A stretch of DNA of 64,000 nt from Lentilitoribacter sp. (GTDB lineage: Bacteria > Pseudomonadota > Alphaproteobacteria > Rhizobiales > Rhizobiaceae). The stretch spans positions 621,385 through 685,384 of the forward strand of contig JBDWQJ010000004.1 in NCBI GenBank assembly GCA_039986595.1, read 5' to 3'. A program made the position numbers and the translations under genes. The notes under the pieces are model-generated. The model had not been told where the DNA came from, searched no databases, and saw only the letters and a list, made by a program, of their open reading frames with translations. The stretch's first letter is position 1. Each line of letters opens with the position of its first letter. Shown piece by piece: positions 32,452 to 40,820 of the stretch.

Positions 32452-33258
32452 TTATTTATCGATTTCAGCACCGATTGCTGCAATAGCCTTTTGGTACACC
32501 CCAGCTGCATTCCATGCCTTAATAGCCCGGAAATTAGTCTGACCAACTTGATATCCAGCGCCACGTTTCCAGCCTTTGCCTTTTAAGAAGTTTGCAGTTG
32601 ATGCAAGTGCATCAGCTTTTGAACTCAGGTTGAGACGGCGATTGCCATCACCATTGGCGCCATATTTTAAAACATTTGCTGGTAGAAACTGTGTTTGGCC
32701 AATTTCACCATGGGCTGCGCCTTTAAAGTTAGGGTCAAGCCAGCCTTTGTCGATCAGTTTTAACAGCGCGTAGAGTTGTGTTGTGAAGAATTCAGAGCGT
32801 CGGCAATCATATGATAGTGTGGCAACTGCTGATACAGTATGTTGATTACCGCTGAAGCGGCCAAATCCAGATTCCATGCCCCAAATTGCGATTAATACGC
32901 CTGAAGGAACGCCATATTTCTTTTCTAGGCGGTTAAATAGAGACGCATTTGTCTTTTTCAGCTTTTTGCCGCGAGAAATGATGGCTGGTGCACCACGTTT
33001 TTGCATGAACTGATTAAAGGATAGCTTGAAACTGCGTTGGTTCCGGTCAAGGCTAATTGTTTTCTTAGCATAAGATGCTTTTGCAAACGCACGATCCAGC
33101 GTTCTTTTTGATATTCCTTTGCCGGCTGCTTCTTTTTTAAATTCGCCAACCCATTTTGAGAAGTTACCTGACGTGTTGGAACAGCTTAACGCCAATGCTG
33201 GTGTTGAAAATGTCAAAGCTGCCAAAAGTGTAACTGCAATAGTAGATTTCTTGATCAT
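32452..33258 (-). CDS. Lytic murein transglycosylase (MltB/SLT_2 family)
   Basis: IWGMESGFG, HGEIGQTQFLP, DGDGNRR motifs; signal peptide. Confidence 0.9.
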   Translation of the reverse strand: MIKKSTIAVTLLAALTFSTPALALSCSNTSGNFSKWVGEFKKEAAGKGISKRTLDRAFAKASYAKKTISLDRNQRSFKLSFNQFMQKRGAPAIISRGKKLKKTNASLFNRLEKKYGVPSGVLIAIWGMESGFGRFSGNQHTVSAVATLSYDCRRSEFFTTQLYALLKLIDKGWLDPNFKGAAHGEIGQTQFLPANVLKYGANGDGNRRLNLSSKADALASTANFLKGKGWKRGAGYQVGQTNFRAIKAWNAAGVYQKAIAAIGAEIDK

Positions 33259-33395
33259 TGAACGCTCCCCGCGAGGTCTAAACCTTATCGAATCATTTTG
33301 GAATGAGCATAACTTAACCTAGAAAATAAAAAAACGACACTTCCATCTGATTGATTAAAAGCGCCGTTTTAATATGAATTGAGAATGATCGGTAT

Positions 33396-34421
33396 TTATG
33401 ATTTTGCTTTAATCAAACCACGATTTACCAATAGCTCAGCGATTTGAACCGTATTTAATGCAGCGCCTTTGCGTAAGTTGTCGGATACAACCCAAATGTT
33501 TAAGCCATTTTCAACAGTTGCATCTTCGCGGATACGAGAGATGTAGGTCGCATCTTCACCCGCGCATTCATATGGGGTGACATAGCCACCATCTTCGTGT
33601 TTATCGACAACTAGACAACCTGGCGCTTCGCGCAGAATATCGCGCGCTTCATCGGCTGTAATTTCGTTTTCAAACTCGATGTTGATTGATTCAGCATGCC
33701 CAATGAACACAGGGACACGAACCGCTGTGCAAGTCACTTTGATTTTTGGATCTAGCATTTTCTTAGTTTCTGCCAGAACTTTCCATTCTTCTTTGGTGTA
33801 TCCATCTTCCATAAAGACATCGATATGTGGAATGGCGTTGAATGCGATGCGTTTTGTAAACACGTTGTTTTCAATCGGATCTGCAACGAATACCGCGCGA
33901 CTTTGGTTAAACAACTCATCCATACCGTCTTTACCGGCGCCTGATACAGACTGGTAAGTCGAAACAACAATACGTTTGATGTTTGCTTTATCGTGAAGCG
34001 GTTTTAGTGCGACAACCAATTGAGCTGTTGAGCAGTTTGGGTTGGCAATGATGTTCTTTTTGGTAAATCCATCAATCGCTTCAGGGTTTACTTCAGGAAC
34101 GATCAAAGGAACTTCAGCGTCATAACGCCAGGCGGATGAATTATCGATAACGACACAACCTTGCGCGCCGATTTTTGGTGACATCTTTTTAGATACCGAA
34201 CCACCAGCTGACATGAGGCAAATGTCAGTTGTAGAAAAGTCGTGGGCTTCAAGATTTTTAACAACAAGCGTCTTATCTCCATAAGATACTTCTCTGCCAA
34301 CAGACCGCGAAGACGCGAGTGGAATGATTTCAGATGCGGGAAAGCCACGCTCTTCGAGAATATTGAGCATTTCGCGCCCAACATTGCCAGTAGCACCGGC
34401 GATTGCAATTTTAAAACTCAT
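33396..34421 (-). CDS. asd: Aspartate-semialdehyde dehydrogenase
   Basis: GATGNVG, DNSSAWR, NPNCSTAQL, TYQSVSGAG, DNLRKGAA; start ATG 34421. Confidence 0.97.
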   Translation of the reverse strand: MSFKIAIAGATGNVGREMLNILEERGFPASEIIPLASSRSVGREVSYGDKTLVVKNLEAHDFSTTDICLMSAGGSVSKKMSPKIGAQGCVVIDNSSAWRYDAEVPLIVPEVNPEAIDGFTKKNIIANPNCSTAQLVVALKPLHDKANIKRIVVSTYQSVSGAGKDGMDELFNQSRAVFVADPIENNVFTKRIAFNAIPHIDVFMEDGYTKEEWKVLAETKKMLDPKIKVTCTAVRVPVFIGHAESINIEFENEITADEARDILREAPGCLVVDKHEDGGYVTPYECAGEDATYISRIREDATVENGLNIWVVSDNLRKGAALNTVQIAELLVNRGLIKAKS

Positions 34422-34430
34422 TTTGAATGT

Positions 34431-34509
34431 CCTGTCTCTCTCCGCATTCTTGACCACTTACAACGTGGCCTCATCCCCGACTACCGGGGAGAGTGCGGCA
34501 GACGAGAGG
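34431..34509 (-). promoter_or_regulatory. Structured asd leader (three-way junction covering the RBS), candidate attenuator
   Basis: Stems TCCCCG/CGGGGA (34474-79/34485-90), CCAC/GTGG (34454-57/34465-68), CCGCA/TGCGG (34442-46/34494-98), plus an outer CCT-CTC-TCT pairing with AGAGAG..AGG that includes the SD-like AGG(A). Confidence 0.65.
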
Positions 34510-34511
34510 TG

Positions 34512-34604
34512 TTACGTTGTTTTTGTCGTCTTGATTGCCGTTTTGGCGATGGAATTTGAAAAAGAGAATTGCGCTGCAGACAAGCTGATGCTTGCTACAT
34601 TCAT
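34512..34604 (-). CDS. Putative asd leader peptide, 30 aa (MNVASISLSAAQFSFSNSIAKTAIKTTKTT)
   Basis: Hand translation ATG 34604 to TAA 34512; all 5 Thr and 3 Lys codons fall in the last 10 codons; too short for the ORF track. Confidence 0.7.
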   Translation of the reverse strand: MNVASISLSAAQFSFSNSIAKTAIKTTKTT

Positions 34605-34657
34605 CAAATTTAAATTTTGCAATTCAATTGAAGTCATTACAATTCTTTTTCTTACCT

Positions 34658-34680
34658 ATCGGGGCGGTTAATGCCCCGAT
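34658..34680. terminator. Hairpin downstream of leuB
   Basis: ATCGGGGC-N7-GCCCCGAT; the T tail is on the + strand, so termination of minus-strand leuB is uncertain. Confidence 0.5.
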
Positions 34681-34722
34681 TTTTAATAAGAGTCAATCTA
34701 GCTTAATGCGTTAAATGAAGGA

Positions 34723-35832
34723 TTAACCCAATAGAGATGCATATTCAGCCAAGATTGCATCACCCATCTCACTTGTTGAGATCTGTGTAGCGCCTTCTGA
34801 CATAATATCGCCAGTACGTTTGCCAGTGTCCAATACGTTGGCAATAGCTTTTTCAACCATGTTTGCTTCATCAACCATGTTAAACGAATAACGAAGACAC
34901 ATTGCAAATGAAGAGATCATGGCAATTGGGTTTGCAATGCCCTGGCCTGCAATATCAGGTGCTGAACCATGAACTGGTTCATAAAGCGCTTTACGGCTTC
35001 CGGTTTTTGCATCCGGTGCGCCAAGCGATGCTGATGGCAACATGCCAAGTGAACCTGTGAGCATTGCAGCAATATCAGAGAGCATATCACCAAACAGGTT
35101 GTCACAGACTATTACATCAAACTGTTTTGGCCAGCGAACAAGCTGCATACCGCCAGCATCAGCTAACATGTGGCTTAATTCAACATCTGAATAATTTGCG
35201 CCATGAGTGGCTGTTACAACTTCATTCCATAGAACGCCGGATTTCATCACATTGCGTTTTTCCATGGAGCAAACTTTGTTTTGGCGGGTGCGTGCCATTT
35301 CAAATGCAACACCTGAAATACGCTCAATTTCATATGTGTCATAAACTTGCGTATCAATACCGCGTTTTTGGCCATTACCAAGATCGATGATCTCTTTTGG
35401 CTCACCGAAATAAACACCACCGGTTAATTCGCGAACGATCAGAATATCAAGACCTTCAACAACTTCTGGCTTTAGTGAAGATGAATTTGCCAGCGCTGGG
35501 TAACAGATCGCCGGGCGAAGATTGGCAAAAAGCTCCATATCTTTACGCAAACGTAACAATCCAGCTTCTGGACGTGCTTCATATGGAACATCATCCCATT
35601 TAGGTCCGCCAACAGCACCAAATAGCACAGCATCAGCTGCCATGGCTTTATCCATGTCAGCATCCGAAATAGATTCTCCATGAGCATCATAAGCTGAGCC
35701 GCCAACAAGCCCTTCATCTGTTTCAAAGCCCGTATTTTGTTTGTCATTCATAAATGTGATGAACTTACGAACTTCGTTCATGGCTTCAGGGCCAATGCCG
35801 TCACCTGGAAGAAGGAATAATTTACGTGTCAT
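34723..35832 (-). CDS. leuB: 3-isopropylmalate dehydrogenase
   Basis: [36 protein letters not shown] motifs. Confidence 0.97.
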   Translation of the reverse strand: MTRKLFLLPGDGIGPEAMNEVRKFITFMNDKQNTGFETDEGLVGGSAYDAHGESISDADMDKAMAADAVLFGAVGGPKWDDVPYEARPEAGLLRLRKDMELFANLRPAICYPALANSSSLKPEVVEGLDILIVRELTGGVYFGEPKEIIDLGNGQKRGIDTQVYDTYEIERISGVAFEMARTRQNKVCSMEKRNVMKSGVLWNEVVTATHGANYSDVELSHMLADAGGMQLVRWPKQFDVIVCDNLFGDMLSDIAAMLTGSLGMLPSASLGAPDAKTGSRKALYEPVHGSAPDIAGQGIANPIAMISSFAMCLRYSFNMVDEANMVEKAIANVLDTGKRTGDIMSEGATQISTSEMGDAILAEYASLLG

Positions 35833-35868
35833 GGAAAATACCTATTCTATTTTGGTTGATTAAGTTGA

Positions 35869-36255
35869 TTATGAGCTTGTCTGGCGTAAGGCTGTGACCT
35901 CTATTTCAACTTTCATCTCGGGTTTAATAAGGCCGGCCACAATCATGGTCGCTGCGGGTTGAATGCCTTTGAAGAAATCTCCCAGGATTGGGAAAACGAT
36001 GTCGGCATATTCGGCCTTGGTGATGATGTAATTTGCTTTGATGATGTCAGAGCGTGCAAAGCCTGCATCTTTAATGGCTTGATCAATGGTTGCGAGGCAA
36101 TTTAACGTCTGGTCAGAAATCGCCTCCGGCATAACCATGGTTTTATAGTCATAGCCGGTTGTGCCAGAAACAAAGCAAAAATCACCCTGAACAACAGCGC
36201 GCGAATAACCCGCTGTTTTTTCAAAATCTGATCCAGTTGAGATTAGATTTCGCAT
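35869..36255 (-). CDS. RidA/YjgF family protein
   Basis: GYSRAV, VSGTTG, PAATM, EIEVTA motifs. Confidence 0.88.
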   Translation of the reverse strand: MRNLISTGSDFEKTAGYSRAVVQGDFCFVSGTTGYDYKTMVMPEAISDQTLNCLATIDQAIKDAGFARSDIIKANYIITKAEYADIVFPILGDFFKGIQPAATMIVAGLIKPEMKVEIEVTALRQTSS

Positions 36256-36298
36256 GTCATATCCTCAAAGTGATTTTCTGGTGCATTGTGTTATATGC

Positions 36299-36331
36299 GT
36301 TACGCCCAAGTTACGCCCAAGTTACGCCCAG
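36299..36331. repeat. 11-bp tandem repeat x3 at the leuD stop
   Basis: GTTACGCCCAA GTTACGCCCAA GTTACGCCCAG. Confidence 0.9.
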
Positions 36332-36927
36332 GGACGCGTATCACCCAATTTGCCTTCGTATGTGTCGATGGCTGCAGCTTTTTCTAAGGTAAGTGCAATA
36401 TCATCAAGACCATTAAGCAAACAATGTTTGCGGAACGGGTCGATATCAAATGAAATTGTACCGCCATCTGGACCTTTGATTTGCTGACTTTCAAGATCAA
36501 CAGTAAGTGTTGAGTTTGAACCGCGCTCTGCATCATCAAGAAGTTTTTCAAGCTCTTCAGCTGTGACAACAATTGGTAGGATGCCATTTTTGAAACAGTT
36601 ATTGTAGAAAATGTCTGCAAAGCTTGTTGAGATCACGCAGCGAATACCAAAATCTAGCAAAGCCCATGGCGCATGTTCACGAGATGAACCACAACCAAAG
36701 TTATCGCCAGCAACTAGAATTTCAGCATTGCGATAAGCTGGTTTGTTAAGTACAAAATCGGGCTTTTCAGAGCCATCTTCGTTAAAACGAGATTCGGCAA
36801 AAAGACCAACAGATAGACCTGTGCGTTTAATAGTTTTGAGGTAATCTTTTGGAATGATCATGTCTGTGTCAATGTTGATGACAGGATAAGGTGCTGCAAC
36901 ACCAGTGAGCGTTGTGAATTTTTCCAT
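36322..36927 (-). CDS. leuD: 3-isopropylmalate dehydratase small subunit
   Basis: [35 protein letters not shown]; ATG 36927. Confidence 0.97.
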   Translation of the reverse strand: MEKFTTLTGVAAPYPVINIDTDMIIPKDYLKTIKRTGLSVGLFAESRFNEDGSEKPDFVLNKPAYRNAEILVAGDNFGCGSSREHAPWALLDFGIRCVISTSFADIFYNNCFKNGILPIVVTAEELEKLLDDAERGSNSTLTVDLESQQIKGPDGGTISFDIDPFRKHCLLNGLDDIALTLEKAAAIDTYEGKLGDTRPWA

Positions 36928-37076
36928 TATTTTCATCCATATGAAGTTTGTAGCTGCGTTTACCAAACATATGTGAGAAAAAGAAGTGTTTTTTGAAATA
37001 AATAGCCATTTTCAGTGTTTTGATATCGTCAAGAACCGACTATTTGGTGCATGAGAAGATTAAAAAGTAGATAGAT

Positions 37077-38009
37077 ATGAGTGATAAAAGCCTGTCGAAT
37101 ATTAAGATCCCAGAAGCTGTGCGCCCCGTTCGGCCGCGACGGTCGGTGCTTTATGTGCCAGCTAATAACGAACGGGCGTTGGAGAAGTCACTTTCTTTGT
37201 CGTCCGATGTCATCATTTATGATCTAGAAGACGCGATCTTACCTGCTCAGAAAGCCACCGCACGGGAAACTTTACGCGCATTTTTAAACGATAAGTTCCC
37301 AAATGGTGTCAAAGACAGCAAAAAAGAGATCTTGATCCGAATAAATTCACTTTCCAGTGCATGGGGAAGCGAAGATTTGATAGCCGCGCGTGCGATCATG
37401 CCGTCTGCTATCTTATTGCCGAAGGTTTCTGAAGCCGATGACATTATCGAGGTCAATGATGCGTTGATTGAAATGGATACTTCGCCAGATTTGCGTTTAT
37501 GGGCAATGATTGAAACTCCACGAGGTATTTTAAATGTCGCTTCGATCGCAAGATATGCCCGAACGCCTGGTACAAGACTAGATTGTTTTATTGCCGGAAC
37601 GAATGATCTGGTCAAAGAAACGGGTGTTAAACCACAGGAAGGTCGCCCTTACCTATCCAATTGGCTCAGCCAAATTGTGTTGTCTGCTCGCGCTTATGGC
37701 CTTGATGTGATTGATGGCGTTTATAATGATTTTAAAGATGCATCCGGTTTTGAGCGGGAAAGCTTAGATGGCCGCTCGATGGGATTTGATGGCAAATCTC
37801 TCATTCATCCAAGCCAGATCAATTTTGCTAATGAAGCGTTTGGAATTGAAGAAGATGCATTAAACGAAGCTCAAGACATTATCGATGCATTCTCCGAAGC
37901 AAAGAATATTGATGCGGGTGTTATTCAACTCAACGGTAAAATGGTTGAGCGCCTTCATTTGGAAATGGCTGAAAAGCTTGTTGCAAAATCAAAATTGATA
38001 TCAAATTAA
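37077..38009 (+). CDS. HpcH/CitE family acyl-CoA lyase
   Basis: RRSVLYVP, DLEDA, IETPRG, GTNDL, GFDGKSLIHP motifs. Confidence 0.9.
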   Translation: MSDKSLSNIKIPEAVRPVRPRRSVLYVPANNERALEKSLSLSSDVIIYDLEDAILPAQKATARETLRAFLNDKFPNGVKDSKKEILIRINSLSSAWGSEDLIAARAIMPSAILLPKVSEADDIIEVNDALIEMDTSPDLRLWAMIETPRGILNVASIARYARTPGTRLDCFIAGTNDLVKETGVKPQEGRPYLSNWLSQIVLSARAYGLDVIDGVYNDFKDASGFERESLDGRSMGFDGKSLIHPSQINFANEAFGIEEDALNEAQDIIDAFSEAKNIDAGVIQLNGKMVERLHLEMAEKLVAKSKLISN

Positions 38010-38019
38010 GGTAATTACA

Positions 38020-38226
38020 ATGAAGCTATATCGTTTTTTATCTGGACCGGATGATTCAAGTTTTTGTCACCGCGTAACAGATGCGTTGAATAAGGGATGG
38101 ACCCTTCACGGATCGCCTGTTTATACGTTCAATCAGGCGGAAAACCATATGCAATGTGGTCAGGCTGTATGTAAAGACGTAGATGGCAAAACCTATTCGC
38201 CAGACATGAAATTGGGTGAACAATAA
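38020..38226 (+). CDS. DUF1737 small protein
   Basis: MKLYRFLSGPDDSSFCHRVTDALNKGWTLHGSP...CGQAV motif. Confidence 0.8.
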   Translation: MKLYRFLSGPDDSSFCHRVTDALNKGWTLHGSPVYTFNQAENHMQCGQAVCKDVDGKTYSPDMKLGEQ

Positions 38227-38310
38227 TCAACGCATCAAGTCAGCAAGATTTGTCAAACAAGGTAATGTTACGTCTTATTTGCGAGTGAAAATTGCGATAG
38301 GATACTGGTT

Positions 38311-39177
38311 ATGAACAAACGACAAAATGCCCAACACCTTTGGGTCAATTATCATGATCGGATGGAACGCGTTACAGATTACATCCTTAATAACCTTGAT
38401 AAAGACCTTGATCTAATGGCCTTGGCAGATATTGCATGTTTATCACCCTATCATTGGCATCGTGTTTATGCCGGGATGACGGGTGAAACAATCACGCAAA
38501 CAGTTAAGCGTCTCCGTTTACAGTTCGCGGGGCGTGATCTCATTTCGACTGATTTATCAATTGAAGATATTGGGAAACGTTACGGTTATCCCAATTTGCA
38601 ATCCTTCACGCGCATTTTCGCAGACCATTTTGAAATGCCGCCGGGCGAGTATCGTCATCGCGGTTATCATACGGTTTATGATGTTCCAAGCACTGAAAGA
38701 GATGCAAAAATGTATGATGTTGAGATTAAGACAATTGACGCTGTAACCCTTGCTGGCCTGCCGCATAAGGGGTCTTATATGGAAATTGGCGGTAAGTTTG
38801 AGCAAGCTGTTGGGCTCTGTATTGGCCAAGGCGCAATTCAAGATATGATTGCGATGATTGGGATTTATTATGACGACCCAGGCTCTGTTGCCGTTGATGA
38901 ATTGCGATCATTTGCCGGCGCAGTTGTTAGTGATGACCAAAGCGTTGAGGCGCCGCTAGAGGTGTCAAAAATCGATGGTGGGAAATACGCTGTTTTGACC
39001 CATAAAGGGCCTTATGGCGAACTATCTAAAGCCTATACATGGTTTTATGGAAGTTGGATCCCTGAAGCAGGACACGAATTTGCAGATGCACCGCCATTTG
39101 AGAAATATCTCAATAGTCCTCGTGATACGGCGCCAAGTGAGTTGATCACTGAAATTCATGTGCCGTTGAAGAACTAG
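38311..39177 (+). CDS. AraC family regulator with GyrI-like effector domain
   Basis: N-terminal AraC HTHs (ACLSPYHWHR, GYPNLQSFTR); C-terminal GyrI-like (HKGPY, PPFEKYLNSP). Confidence 0.92.
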   Translation: MNKRQNAQHLWVNYHDRMERVTDYILNNLDKDLDLMALADIACLSPYHWHRVYAGMTGETITQTVKRLRLQFAGRDLISTDLSIEDIGKRYGYPNLQSFTRIFADHFEMPPGEYRHRGYHTVYDVPSTERDAKMYDVEIKTIDAVTLAGLPHKGSYMEIGGKFEQAVGLCIGQGAIQDMIAMIGIYYDDPGSVAVDELRSFAGAVVSDDQSVEAPLEVSKIDGGKYAVLTHKGPYGELSKAYTWFYGSWIPEAGHEFADAPPFEKYLNSPRDTAPSELITEIHVPLKN

Positions 39178-39192
39178 ATTGGAACTGATGCA

Positions 39193-39612
39193 ATGGGTAA
39201 ATCTGTAGTTAGCTGGAGTGAAAAATATGAGATTGCGAATGCTAAAGGTCATGAAATAAAACCTGTCAATAAAGATATGATGGGCATGAAAGCTGGCCAA
39301 AAGATGCTCATCGCAACTCCTGAAATGGTGGCAGAAATTATTGCCGCCATTCCACAAGGACAGATCAAGGACACCAGTTTTTTGCGTGCGGAATTGGCAA
39401 AGCAGACAAATGTTGATGTTGTGTGCCCGCTTACAACCGGTATCTTTGTAAGGATAATCTGTGAAGCTTCAAATGAGGATGTTCAAAATGGTGCGAGCTT
39501 GTCTGAAGTGACACCGTTTTGGCGCGTTTTGGGTGAAAAAGCACCGGTTCGAAAGAAGTTATCCTTTGATCTTGAGCCTTATCTTACGCAGCAGCTCAAC
39601 GAAGCTGCGTAA
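39193..39612 (+). CDS. MGMT/ATL-like DNA-binding protein lacking the catalytic Cys
   Basis: IPQGQ, CPLTTGIF and TPFWRV in place of PCHRV. Confidence 0.6.
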   Translation: MGKSVVSWSEKYEIANAKGHEIKPVNKDMMGMKAGQKMLIATPEMVAEIIAAIPQGQIKDTSFLRAELAKQTNVDVVCPLTTGIFVRIICEASNEDVQNGASLSEVTPFWRVLGEKAPVRKKLSFDLEPYLTQQLNEAA

Positions 39613-39621
39613 GAAGATGAC

Positions 39622-40134
39622 TTAAGCTTTATTGATCGTGGTTTTCCCTAGGGTGTAAATTCCATAGGCGGCTATGAGAAAAGCCAACCCCGAAAAGACA
39701 GTGCGTGTCTGGTTCCAAAATTGCCATTCTTTTGAATAATTTTGCCAAATTGATTGCGCCTCTTCTGGCGATAATGGCAATTGAACCAGCGCGAGCTGCT
39801 CGTTCATCGGTACATTGATCATAAATGTTAAAATTGCACCGCCGAATAGATATACCAAGCCTGAGCATGCAAATATCGCCGCTAGTTTTTTAAGCTTCAT
39901 GGAGGCTGCAATACCAGCTGTTAAAAGTAGCGCTGGCGCGGTGCCAAAAAAGATAAACCCGAATATAATATTTCTCACCGATGCGTTCATGCCTTGCATG
40001 GCTTGAATGGCAACTTCGCTGGCAATTTGATCAAGCCCCCACATTGTTGAGCTAACCCAGGCATAGAAAAATCCAAATATGGCTGCGGCTAATAGCGTGG
40101 ATATGAAAGCCGATGTTCTGAGCAGTATAGTCAT
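39622..40134 (-). CDS. DUF1772 (anthrone oxygenase-like) membrane protein
   Basis: GFFYAW, QAMQGMN, NVPMNEQL, WQFWNQTRT motifs; four hydrophobic segments. Confidence 0.85.
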   Translation of the reverse strand: MTILLRTSAFISTLLAAAIFGFFYAWVSSTMWGLDQIASEVAIQAMQGMNASVRNIIFGFIFFGTAPALLLTAGIAASMKLKKLAAIFACSGLVYLFGGAILTFMINVPMNEQLALVQLPLSPEEAQSIWQNYSKEWQFWNQTRTVFSGLAFLIAAYGIYTLGKTTINKA

Positions 40135-40149
40135 GGTAATCTCCAAAAG

Positions 40150-40193
40150 CGTAATTTAGTGTACGTATTTACATATCCGTAATTTAATGTACG
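40150..40193. promoter_or_regulatory. Two candidate TetR operators
   Basis: CGTAATTTAGTGTACG (40150-65) and CGTAATTTAATGTACG (40178-93), each CGTA-N8-TACG. Confidence 0.65.
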
Positions 40194-40215
40194 ATATCTG
40201 TCAAGTGAGGTGATT

Positions 40216-40809
40216 ATGCGTGAAAGTGCACAAAGAGAGCGGCGGCGGTTAATTGAAGAGGCCGCCTATGAGCTGATTGATGAAAAGGGCTATGATAATA
40301 TTTCAATGCTCGCGATTGCCAAGCGTGCGAAGGCCTCCAATGAAACGCTTTATCGATGGTATGGCGATAAAAAGGGTTTGTTTCAGGCGATGGTGATCCG
40401 CAATGCGGATGATGTTTATGAAAGCCTTGTTGAAGATCTTGATCGTCAACGTGATCCCATGCAGATCTTAGAAGATGTTAGTTTGAAGCTATTGCGGCTT
40501 TTATCGAGCGACCGTGCGATTGCTTTAAACCGTGCTGCAGCTGCTGATCCGAGCGGTGAACTTGGCAAAGCGTTGTCTCAAGTCGGTCGTGAACGTGTAT
40601 TCCCTTCAATCACAAAAGTCCTTACTCAGATCAAAGAACAAGGGACATTTAGTGATTTGGAGATAGATGAATTAGGCAATCTCTATTTAAGTTTACTCAT
40701 TGGCGATCTACAAATTCGACGCGCGATTGGTGTGATGCCTGTTCCCAGTGAAGCAGAATTGAAAACTAAAACGCGTAAGGCGTTGGATCATTTATTGAAG
40801 TTTGCGTAA
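40216..40809 (+). CDS. TetR/AcrR family regulator
   Basis: N-terminal HTH AIAKRAKASNETLYRWYGDK. Confidence 0.92.
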   Translation: MRESAQRERRRLIEEAAYELIDEKGYDNISMLAIAKRAKASNETLYRWYGDKKGLFQAMVIRNADDVYESLVEDLDRQRDPMQILEDVSLKLLRLLSSDRAIALNRAAAADPSGELGKALSQVGRERVFPSITKVLTQIKEQGTFSDLEIDELGNLYLSLLIGDLQIRRAIGVMPVPSEAELKTKTRKALDHLLKFA

Positions 40810-40820
40810 TTTTTGCGGGT

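Noticed and set aside
34242-34671. Plus-strand ORFs of 105 and 115 aa over the asd leader
   Set aside because: Antisense shadows of asd and of the leader ORF; no RBS or motifs.
34703-34726. Three TTAA near the leuB stop as a CtrA box
   Set aside because: Spacers are 4 and 8 nt; the third is the leuB stop codon.
36928-37076. Search for a Leu-rich leader peptide upstream of leuD
   Set aside because: Short ORFs there have no Leu-codon run and no attenuator hairpins.
38240-38257. TCAGCAAGATTTGTCAAA as an AraC-type operator
   Set aside because: Single copy with no second instance in the window; cannot be supported.
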